From contig OZ024742.1 in assembly GCA_964016885.1 (NCBI GenBank), forward strand, positions 30,690,001-30,754,000: 64,000 nt of DNA. Reading direction: 5' to 3'. Positions 51,131 through 61,999 of this stretch are shown one piece after another (position 1 is the stretch's first letter; each line of letters begins with the position of its first letter). The position numbers and the translations under genes are program-made. Source of the DNA: Eledone cirrhosa (taxonomy: Eukaryota). Under the pieces are notes generated by a model. That model had not been told where the DNA came from. It saw only the letters and a list, made by a program, of their open reading frames with translations, and did not search any database.

Positions 51131-54100
51131 CAGTCCTTACTTGGTGTAGTCTCTCTCAGACCTAACTTGGTGTGGTCTCCCTCAGTCCTAAGTTGGTGTG
51201 GTCTCTCTCAGTCCTAAGTTGGTGTGGTCTATCTCACTCCTAAGTTGGTGTGGTCTCTCTCAGTCCTAAGTTGGTGTGGTCTCTCTCATTCCTAACTTGG
51301 TGTAGTCTCTTTCAGTCCTAAGTTGGTGTGTTTTCTCTCAGTCCTAACTTGGTGTGGTCTCTTTCATTCCTTACTTGGTGTAGTCTCTCTCAGTCCTAAG
51401 TTGGTGTGGTCTCTCTCAGGCCTAACTAGGAGTAGTCTCTCTCAGTCCTAAGTTGGTGTGGTCTCTCTCAGTCCTAACTTGGTGTGGTCTCTCTCAGTCC
51501 TAAGTTGGTGTGGTCTCTCTCATTCCTAACTTGGTGTAGTCTTTTTCAGTCCTAAGTTGGTGTGTTCTCTCTCAGTCCTAACTTGGTGTGGTCTCTCTCA
51601 TTCCTTACTTGGTGTAGTCTCTCTCAGTCCTAACTTGGTGTAGTCTCTCTCAATCCTAAGTTGGTGTCGTCTCTCTCAGGCCTAACTAGGAGTAGTCTCT
51701 CTCAGTCCTAAGTTGGTGTGGTCTCTCTCAGTCCTAAGTTGGTGTAGTCTCTCTCAGTCCGAACTTGGTGTGGTCTCTCTCAGTCCTAACTTGTTGTGGT
51801 CTCTCTCAGTCCTACGTTTGTGCTGTCTCTCTCTCAGTCCTAACTTGGTGTGGTCTCTCGCAGTCCTAACTTGGTGTAGTCTCTCTACGTCCTAACTTGG
51901 TGTGGTCTCTCTCAGTCCTAACTTGGTGTGGTCTCTCTCAGTCCTAACTTGGTGTAGTCTCACTCAGTCCTAAGTTGGTGTGGTCTCTCTCAGTCCTAAC
52001 TTGGTGTAGTCTCTCTCAGTCGTAACTTGGTGTGGTCTCTCTAAGTACTAACTTGGTGTAGTCTCTCTCAGTCCTAACATGGTGTAGTCTCTCTCAGTCT
52101 TAACTTGGTGTAGTCTCTCTCAGTCCTTACTTGGTGTAGTCTCTGTCAGTCCTAACTTGGTGTGGTCTCCCTCAGTCCTAAGTTGGTGTGGTCTCTCTCA
52201 GTCCTAACTTGGTGTGGTCTCTCTCAGTCCTTACTTGGTGTGGTCTCTCTCACTCCTAACTTGGTGTGGTCTCTCTCAGTCCTTACTTGGTGTAGTCACT
52301 CTCAGTCCTAACTTGGTATAGTCTCTCTCAGTCGTAACTTGGTGTAGTCTCTCTCATTCGTAACTTCGTGTAGTCTCTCTCAGTCCTAAGTTGGTGTGGT
52401 CTCTCTCAGTCCTAAGTTGGTGTGGTCTCTCTCAACCCTAACTTGGTGTAGTCTCTCTCAGTCCTAACTTGTTGTGGTCTCTCTCAGTCCTAACTTGGTG
52501 TAGTCTCTCTCAGTTCTAACTTGGTGTAGTCTCTCTCAGTCCTAAGTTGGTGTGGTCTCTCTCAGTCCTAACTTGGTGTGGTCTCTCTCAGTCCTAACTT
52601 AGTGTAGTCTCTCTCAGTCCTAAGTTGGTGTGCTCTCTCTCAGTCCTAACTTGGTGTAGTCTCTCTCAGTCCTAAGTTGGTGTGGTCTCTCTCAGTCCTA
52701 AGTTGGTGTAGTCTCTCTCAGTCCGAACTTGGTGTGGTCTCTCTCAGTCCTAACTTGTTGTGGTCTCTCTGAGTCCTAACTTCGTGCTGTCTCTCTCTCG
52801 GTCCTAACTTGGTGTGGTCTCTCTCAGTCCTCACTTGGTGTAGTCTCTCTCAGTCCTAATTTGGTGTAGTCTCTCTCAGTCCTCACTTGGTGTGGTCTCT
52901 CTAACACCTAACTTGGTGTAGTCTCTCTCAGTCCTAACATGGTGTAGTCTCTCTCAGTCTTAACTTGGTGTAGTCTCTCTCAGTCCTTACTTGGTGTACT
53001 CTCTCTCAGTTCTAACTTGGTGTAGTCTGTCTCAGTCCTAATTTGGTGTAGTCTCTCTCAGTCGTAACTTGGTGTGGTCTCTCTAACTCCTAACTTGGTG
53101 TAGTCTCTCTCAGTCCTAACATGGTGTAGTCTCTCTCAGTCTTAACTTGGTGTAGTCTCTCCTAGTCCTTACTTGGTGTACTCTCTCTCAGTCCTAACTT
53201 GGTGTGGTCTCCCTCAGTCCTAAGTTGGTGTGGTCTCTCTCAGTCCTAACTTGGTGTGGTCTCTCTCAGTCCTAAGTTGGTTTGGTCTCTCTCAGTCCTA
53301 ACTTGGTGTGTTCTCTCTCAGTCCTTACTTGGTGTAGTCACTCTCAGTCCTAACTTGGTGTAGTCTCTCTCAGTCCTAAGTTGGTGTGGTCTCTCTCAGT
53401 CCTAACTTGATGTAGTCTCTCTCAGTCCTAACTTGGTGTAGTCTCTCTCAGTCCTAAGTTGGTGTGGTCTATCTCACTCCTAAGTTGGTGTGGTCTCTCT
53501 CAGTCCTAAGTTGGTGTGGTCTCTCTCATTCCTAACTTGGTGTAGTCTCTTTCAGTCCTAAGTTGGTGTGTTCTCTCTCAGTCCTAACTTGGTGTGGTTT
53601 CTCTCATTCCTTACTTGGTGTAGTCTCTCTCAGTCCTAACTTGGTGTAGTCTCTCTCAGTCCTAAGTTGGTGTGGTGTCTCTCAGTCCTAACTTGGTGTA
53701 GTCTCTCTCAGTCCTAAGTTTGTGTGGTCTCTCTCAGTCCTAACTAGGTGTAGTCTCTCTCAGTCCTAAGTTGGTGTAGTCTCTCTCAGTCCGAACTTGG
53801 TGTGGTCTCTCTCAGTCCTAACTTGTTGTGGTCTCTCTCAGTCCTAAGTTCGTGCTGTCTGTCTCTCAGTCCTAACTTGGTGTGGTCTCTCTCAGTCCTA
53901 ACTTGGTGTAGTCTCTCTACGTCCTAACTTTGTGTGGTCTCTCTCACTCCTTAGTTGGTGTGGTCTCTCTCAGTCCTAACTTGGTGTAGTCTCTCTCAGT
54001 CCTAAGTCGGTGTGGTGTCTCTCAGTCCTAACTTGGTGTAGTCTCTCTCAGTCGTAACTTGGTGTGGTCTCTCTAACTCCTAACTTGGTGTAGTCTCTCT

Positions 54101-54308
54101 CAGTCCTAACATGGTGTAGTCTCTCTCAGTCTTAACTTGGTGTAGTCTCTCTCAGTCCTTACTTAGTGTAGTCTCTCTCAGTCCTAACTTGGTGTAGTCT
54201 CTCTCAGTCCTAACATGGTGTAGTCTCTCTCAGTCTTAACTTGGTGTAGTCTCTCTCAGTCGTAACTTCGTGTAGTCTCTCTCAGTCCTAAATTGGTGTG
54301 GTCTCTCT

Positions 54309-57300
54309 CAGTCCTAAGTTGGTGTGGTCTCTCTCAGTCCTAACTTGGTGTAGTCTCTCTCAGTCCAAACTTGTTGTGGTCCCTCTCAGTCCTAACTTGG
54401 TGTAGTCTCTCACAGTCCTAAGTTGGTGTGGTCTCTCTCAGTCCTAACTTGGTGTAGTCTCTCTCAGTCCTAAGTTGGTTTGGTCTCTCTCAGTCTAACT
54501 TGGTGTGTTCTCTCTCAGTCCTTACTTGGTGTAGTCACTCTCAGTCCTAACTTGGTGTAGTCTCTCTCAGTCCTAAGTTGGTGTGGTCTCTCTCAGTCCT
54601 AACTTGGTGTGGTCTCTCTCAGTCCTAACTTGGTGTAGTCTCTCTCAGTCCTAAGTTGGTGTGGTCTATCTCACTCCTAAGTTCGTGTGGTCTCTCTCAG
54701 TCCTAAGTTGGTGTGGTCTCTCTCATTCCTAACTTGGTGTAGTCTCTTTCAGTCCTAAGTTGGTGTGTTCTCTCTCAGTCCTAACTTGGTGTGGTTTCTC
54801 TCATTCCTTACTTGGTGTAATCTCTCTCAGTCCTAACTTGGTGTAGTCTCTCTCAGTCCTAAGGTGGTGTGGTGTGTCTCAGTCCTAACTTGGTGTAGTC
54901 TCTCTCAGTCCTAAGTTTGTGTGGTCTCTCTCAGTCCTAACTAGGTGTAGTCTCTCTCAGTCCTAAGTTGGTGTAGTCTCTCTCAGTCCGAACTTGGTGT
55001 GGTCTCTCTCAGTCCTAACTTGTTGTGGTCTCTCTCAGTCCTAAGTTCGTGCTGTCTCTCTCTCAGTCCTAACTTGGTGTGGTCTCTCTCAGTCCTAACT
55101 TGGTGTAGTCTCTCTACGTCCTAACTTTGTGTGGTCTCTCTCACTCCTTAGTTGGTGTGGTCTCTCTCAGTCCTAACTTGGTGTAGTCTCTCTCAGTCCT
55201 AACATGGTGTAGTCTCTCTCAGTCTTAACTTGGTGTAGTCTCTCTCAGTCCTTACTTGGTGTAGTCTCTCTCAGTCCTAACTTGGTGTGGTCTCCCTCAG
55301 TCCTAAGTTGGTGTGGTCTCTCTCAGTCCTAACTTGGTGTGGTCTCTCTCAGTCCTAAGTCGGTGTGGTCTCTCTCAGTCCTAAGTTGGTGTGGTCTCTC
55401 TCAGTCCTAAGTTGGTGTGGTCTCTCTCAGTCCTTACTTGGTGTAGTCACTCTCAGTCCTAACGTGGTATAGTCTCTCTCAGTCGTAACTTGGTGTAGTC
55501 TCTCTCAGTCGTAACTTTGTGTAGTCTCTCTCAGTCCTAAGTTGGTGTGGTCTCTCTCAGTCCTAACTTGGTGTAGTCTCTCTCATTCCTAACTTGGTGT
55601 AGTCTCTCTCAGTCCTAAGTTGGTGTGGTCTCTCTCACTCCTTAGTTGGTGTGGTCTCTCTCAGTCCTAACTTGGTGTAGTCTCTCTCATTCCTAACTTG
55701 GTGTAGTCTCTCTCAGTCCTAACTTTGTGTGGTCTCTCTCACTCCTTAGTTGGTGTGGTCTCTCTCAGTCCTAACTTGGTGTAGTCTCTCTCAGTCCTAA
55801 CATGGTGTAGTCTCTCTCAGTCCTAAGTTGGTGTGGTCTCTCTCAGTCCTAACTTGGTGTAGTCTCTCTCAGTCCAAACTTGTTGTGGTCCCTCTCAGTC
55901 CTAACTTGGTGTAGTCTCTCACAGTCCTAAGTTGGTGTGGTCTCTCTCAGTCCTAACTTGGTGTAGTCTCTCTCAGTCCTAAGTTGGTTTGGTCTCTCTC
56001 AGTCTAACTTGGTGTGTTCTCTCTCAGTCCTTACTTGGTGTAGTCACTCTCAGTCCTAACTTGGTGTAGTCTCTCTCAGTCCTAAGTTGGTGTGGTCTCT
56101 CTCAGTCCTAACTTGGTGTGGTCTCTCTCAGTCCTAACTTGGTGTAGTCTCTCTCAGTCCTAAGTTGGTGTGGTCTATCTCACTCCTAAGTTCGTGTGGT
56201 CTCTCTCAGTCCTAAGTTGGTGTGGTCTCTCTCATTCCTAACTTGGTGTAGTCTCTTTCAGTCCTAAGTTGGTGTGTTCTCTCTCAGTCCTAACTTGGTG
56301 TGGTTTCTCTCATTCCTTACTTGGTGTAATCTCTCTCAGTCCTAACTTGGTGTAGTCTCTCTCAGTCCTAAGGTGGTGTGGTGTGTCTCAGTCCTAACTT
56401 GGTGTAGTCTCTCTCAGTCCTAAGTTTGTGTGGTCTCTCTCAGTCCTAACTAGGTGTAGTCTCTCTCAGTCCTAAGTTGGTGTAGTCTCTCTCAGTCCGA
56501 ACTTGGTGTGGTCTCTCTCAGTCCTAACTTGTTGTGGTCTCTCTCAGTCCTAAGTTCGTGCTGTCTCTCTCTCAGTCCTAACTTGGTGTGGTCTCTCTCA
56601 GTCCTAACTTGGTGTAGTCTCTCTACGTCCTAACTTTGTGTGGTCTCTCTCACTCCTTAGTTGGTGTGGTCTCTCTCAGTCCTAACTTGGTGTAGTCTCT
56701 CTCAGTCCTAACATGGTGTAGTCTCTCTCAGTCTTAACTTGGTGTAGTCTCTCTCAGTCCTTACTTGGTGTAGTCTCTCTCAGTCCTAACTTGGTGTGGT
56801 CTCCCTCAGTCCTAAGTTGGTGTGGTCTCTCTCAGTCCTAACTTGGTGTGGTCTCTCTCAGTCCTAAGTCGGTGTGGTCTCTCTCAGTCCTAAGTTGGTG
56901 TGGTCTCTCTCAGTCCTAAGTTGGTGTGGTCTCTCTCAGTCCTTACTTGGTGTAGTCACTCTCAGTCCTAACGTGGTATAGTCTCTCTCAGTCGTAACTT
57001 GGTGTAGTCTCTCTCAGTCGTAACTTTGTGTAGTCTCTCTCAGTCCTAAGTTGGTGTGGTCTCTCTCAGTCCTAACTTGGTGTAGTCTCTCTCATTCCTA
57101 ACTTGGTGTAGTCTCTCTCAGTCCTAAGTTGGTGTGGTCTCTCTCACTCCTTAGTTGGTGTGGTCTCTCTCAGTCCTAACTTGGTGTAGTCTCTCTCATT
57201 CCTAACTTGGTGTAGTCTCTCTCAGTCCTAACTTTGTGTGGTCTCTCTCACTCCTTAGTTGGTGTGGTCTCTCTCAGTCCTAACTTGGTGTAGTCTCTCT

Positions 57301-58653
57301 CAGTCCTAACATGGTGTAGTCTCTCTCAGTCCTAAGTTGGTGTGGTCTCTCTCAGTCCTAACTTGGTGTAGTCTCTCTCAGTCCAAACTTGTTGTGGTCC
57401 CTCTCAGTCCTAACTTGGTGTAGTCTCTCACAGTCCTAAGTTGGTGTGGTCTCTCTCAGTCCTAACTTGGTGTAGTCTCTCTCAGTCCTAAGTTGGTTTG
57501 GTCTCTCTCAGTCTAACTTGGTGTGTTCTCTCTCAGTCCTTACTTGGTGTAGTCACTCTCAGTCCTAACTTGGTGTAGTCTCTCTCAGTCCTAAGTTGGT
57601 GTGGTCTCTCTCAGTCCTAACTTGGTGTGGTCTCTCTCAGTCCTAACTTGGTGTAGTCTCTCTCAGTCCTAAGTTGGTGTGGTCTATCTCACTCCTAAGT
57701 TCGTGTGGTCTCTCTCAGTCCTAAGTTGGTGTGGTCTCTCTCATTCCTAACTTGGTGTAGTCTCTTTCAGTCCTAAGTTGGTGTGTTCTCTCTCAGTCCT
57801 AACTTGGTGTGGTTTCTCTCATTCCTTACTTGGTGTAATCTCTCTCAGTCCTAACTTGGTGTAGTCTCTCTCAGTCCTAAGGTGGTGTGGTGTGTCTCAG
57901 TCCTAACTTGGTGTAGTCTCTCTCAGTCCTAAGTTTGTGTGGTCTCTCTCAGTCCTAACTAGGTGTAGTCTCTCTCAGTCCTAAGTTGGTGTAGTCTCTC
58001 TCAGTCCGAACTTGGTGTGGTCTCTCTCAGTCCTAACTTGTTGTGGTCTCTCTCAGTCCTAAGTTCGTGCTGTCTCTCTCTCAGTCCTAACTTGGTGTGG
58101 TCTCTCTCAGTCCTAACTTGGTGTAGTCTCTCTACGTCCTAACTTTGTGTGGTCTCTCTCACTCCTTAGTTGGTGTGGTCTCTCTCAGTCCTAACTTGGT
58201 GTAGTCTCTCTCAGTCCTAACATGGTGTAGTCTCTCTCAGTCTTAACTTGGTGTAGTCTCTCTCAGTCCTTACTTGGTGTAGTCTCTCTCAGTCCTAACT
58301 TGGTGTGGTCTCCCTCAGTCCTAAGTTGGTGTGGTCTCTCTCAGTCCTAACTTGGTGTGGTCTCTCTCAGTCCTAAGTCGGTGTGGTCTCTCTCAGTCCT
58401 AAGTTGGTGTGGTCTCTCTCAGTCCTAAGTTGGTGTGGTCTCTCTCAGTCCTTACTTGGTGTAGTCACTCTCAGTCCTAACGTGGTATAGTCTCTCTCAG
58501 TCGTAACTTGGTGTAGTCTCTCTCAGTCGTAACTTTGTGTAGTCTCTCTCAGTCCTAAGTTGGTGTGGTCTCTCTCAGTCCTAACTTGGTGTAGTCTCTC
58601 TCATTCCTAACTTGGTGTAGTCTCTCTCAGTCCTAAGTTGGTGTGGTCTCTCT
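54309..58653 (+). repeat. 1,509-bp (58-monomer) higher-order repeat, about 2.9 near-identical tandem copies
   Basis: CAGTCCAAAC at 54361, 55870 and 57379. GTGTAATCTC, GGTGTGTCTC, the 25-bp CAGTCTAAC monomer and the 28-bp variant recur in each copy. 58x26+2-1 = 1509. Confidence 0.92.
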
Positions 58654-58939
58654 CAGTCCTAAGTTCGTGTGGTCTATCTCAGTCCTAAGTTGGTGTGGTC
58701 TCTCTCAGTCCTTACTTGGTGTAGTCACTCTCAGTCCTAACGTGGTATAGTCTCTCTCAGTCGTAACTTGGTGTAGTCTCTCTCAGTCGTAACTTTGTGT
58801 AGTCTCTCTCAGTCCTAAGTTGGTGTGGTCTCTCTCAGTCCTAACTTGGTGTAGTCTCTCTCATTCCTAACTTGGTGTAGTCTCTCTCAGTCCTAAGTTG
58901 GTGTGGTCTCTCTCAGTCCTAAGTTCGTGTGGTCTATCT
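58420..58939 (+). repeat. 260-bp (10-monomer) tandem duplication at the end of the 1,509-bp HOR
   Basis: CGTGGTATAG at 58481/58741; AAGTTCGTGTGGTCTATCTC at 58661/58921. Confidence 0.85.
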
Positions 58940-61900
58940 CAGTCCTAAGTTGGTGTGGTCTCTCTCAGTCCTAAGTTCGTGTGGTCTCTCTCATTCCTAA
59001 CTTGGTGTAGTCTCTTTCAGTCCTAAGTTGGTGTGTTCTCTCTCAGTCCTAACTTGGTGTAGTCTCTCTCAGTCCTAAGTTGGTGTGGTCTCTCTCAGTC
59101 CTAACTTGGTGTAGTCTCTCTCAGTCCTAAGTTGGTGTGGTCTCTCTCAGTCCTAACTTGGTGCGGTCTCTCTCAGTCCTTACTTTCTGTAGTCACTCTC
59201 AGTCCTAACTTGGTGTAGTCTCTCTCAGTCCTAAGTTGGTGTGGTCTCTCTCAGTCCTAACTTGGTGTGTTCTCTCTCAGTCCTAACTTGGTGTAGTCTC
59301 TCTCAGTCCTAAGTTGGTGTGGTCTATCTCACTCCTAAGTTGGTGTGGTCTCTCTCAGTCCTAAGTTGGTGTAGTCTCTCTCGGTCCTAACTTGGTGAGG
59401 TCTCTCTCAGTCGTAACTTGGTGTAGTCTCTCTCAGTCCTTACTTAGTGCGGTCTCTCTCAGTCCTAACATGGTGTTGTCTCTCTCAGTCCTAACTTGGT
59501 GTGGTCTCTCTCAGTCGTAACTTGGTGTGGTCTCTCTCAGTCCTAAGTTGGTGTAGTCTCTCTCAGTCCTAACTTGGTGTGGTCTCTATTAGTCCTAACT
59601 TGTTGTGGTCTCTCTCAGTCCTAAGTTCGTGCTGTCTCTCTCTCAGTCCTAACTTGGTGTGGTCTCTCTACGTCCTAACTTAGTGTGGTCTCTCTCAGTC
59701 CTAACTTGGTGTGGTCTCTCTCAGTCCTAACTTGGTGTTGTCTCTCTCACTCCTAAGTTGGTGTGGTCTCTCTCAGTCCTAACTTGTTGTAGTCTCTCTC
59801 AGTCGTAACTTGGTGTGGTCTCTCTAAGTCCTAACTTGGTGTAGTTTCTCTCAGTCCTAACATGGTGTAGTCTCTCTCAGTCTTAACTTGGTGTAGTCTC
59901 TCTCTGTCTTAAGTTGGTGTGGTCTCTCTCAGTCCTAAGTTGGTGTGGTCTCTCTCAGTCCTAACTTGGTTTGGTCTCTCTCAATCCTAAGTTGGTGTAG
60001 TCTCTCTCAGTCCTAAGTTGGTGTGGTCTCTCTCAGTCCTTACTTGGTGTAGTCTCTCTCAGTCCTAACTTGGTGTGGTCTCCCTCAGTCCTAACTTGGT
60101 GTGGTCTCTCTCAGTCCTTACTTGGTGTGGTCTCTCTCACTCCTAACTTGGTGTGGTCTCTCTCAGTCCTTAATTGGTGTAGTCACTCTCAGTCCTAACT
60201 TGGTATAGTCTCTCTCAGTCGTAACTTGGTGTAGTCTCTCTCAGTCGTAACTTCGTGTAGTCTCTCTCAGTCCTAAGTTGGTGTGGTCTCTCTCAGTCCT
60301 AAGTTGGTGTGGTCTCTCTCAACCCTAACGTGGTGTAGTCTCTCTCAGTCCTAACTTGTTGTGGTCTCTCTCAGTCCTAACTTGGTGTAGTCTCTCTCAG
60401 TCCTAACTTGGTGTAGTCTCTCTCAGTCCTGAGTTGGTGTGGTCTCTCTCAGTCCTAACTTGGTGTGGTCTCTCTCAGTCCTAACTTAGTGTAGTCTCTC
60501 TCAGTCCTAAGTTGGTGTGCTCTCTCTCAGTCCTAACTTGGTGTAGTCTCTCTCATTCCTAAGTTGGTGTGGTCTCTCTCAGTCCTAAGTTGGTGTAGTC
60601 TCTCTCAGTCCGAACTTGGTGTGGTCTCTCTCAGTCCTAACTTGTTGTGGTCTCTCTGAGTCCTAAGTTCGTGCTGTCTCTCTCTCGGTCCTAACTTGGT
60701 GTGGTCTCTCTCAGTCCTAACTTGGCTTAGTCTCTCTACATCCTAACTTGGGGTCGTCTCTCTCAGTCCTAACTTGGTGTGGTCTCTCTCAGTCCTAACT
60801 TGGTGTAGTCTCTCTCAGTCCTAACTGGGTGTAGTCTCTCTCAGTCGTAACTTGGTGTGGTCTCTCTAACTCCTAACTTGGTGTAGTCTCTCTCAGTCCT
60901 AACATGGTGTAGTCTCTCTCAGTCTTAACTTGGTGTAGTCTCTCTCAGTCCTTACTTGGTGTACTCTCTCTCAGTCCTAACTTGGTGTGGTCTCCCTCAG
61001 TCCTAAGTTGGTGTGGTCTCTCTCAGTCCTAACTTGGTGTGGTCTCTCTCAGTCCTAAGTTGGTGTGGTCTCTCTCAGTCCTAAGTTGGTGTGGTCTCTC
61101 TCAGTCCTAACTTGGTGTGGTCTCTCTCAGTCCTAACTTGGTGTGGTCTCTCTCAGTCCTAACTTGGTGTGGTCTCTCTTAGTCCTTACTTGGTGTAGTC
61201 AGCCTCAGTCCTAACTTGGTATAGTCTCTCACAGTCGTAACTTGGTGTAGTCTCTCTCAGTCGTAACTTTGTGTAGTCTCTCTCAGTCCTAAGTTGGAGT
61301 GGTCTCTCTCAGACCTAAGTTGGTGTGGTCTCTCTCAGTCCTAATTTGGTGTGGTCTCACTCAGTCCTTACTTGGTGTAGTCTCTCTCAGTCCTAACTTG
61401 GTGTAGTCTCTCTCAGTCCTAACTTGTTGTGGTCTCTCTCAGTCCTAACTTAGTGTAGTCTCTCTCAGTCCTAAGTTGGTGTGGTCTCTCTCAGTCCTAA
61501 CTTAGTGTAGTCTCTCTCAGTCCTAAGTTGGTGTGGTCTATCTCAGTCCTAACCTGGTGTGGTCTCTCTCAGTCCTAACTTAGTGTAGTCTCTCTCAGTC
61601 CTAAGTTGGTGTGGTCTATCTCAGTCCTAAGTTGGTGTGGTCTCTCTCAGTCCTAAGTTGGTGTGGTCTCTCTCATTCCTAACTTGGTGTAGTCTCTTCC
61701 AGTCCTAAGTTGGTGTGTTCTCTCTCAGTCCTTACTTGGTGTAGTCTCTCTCAGTTCTAACTTGGTGTAGTCTCTCTCAGTCCTAACTTGGTGTGGTGTC
61801 TCTCAGTCCTAACTTGGTGTAGTCTCTCTCAGTCCTAAGTTGGTGTGGTCTCTCTCAGTCCTAACTAGGTGTAGTCTCTCTCAGTTCTAAGTTGGTGTGG

Positions 61901-61999
61901 TCTCTCTCAGTCCTAAGTTGGTGAAGTGTCTCTCAGTCCGAACATGGTGTGGTCTCTCTCAGTCCTATGTTGGTGTTGTCTCTCTCAGTCATTACTTGG

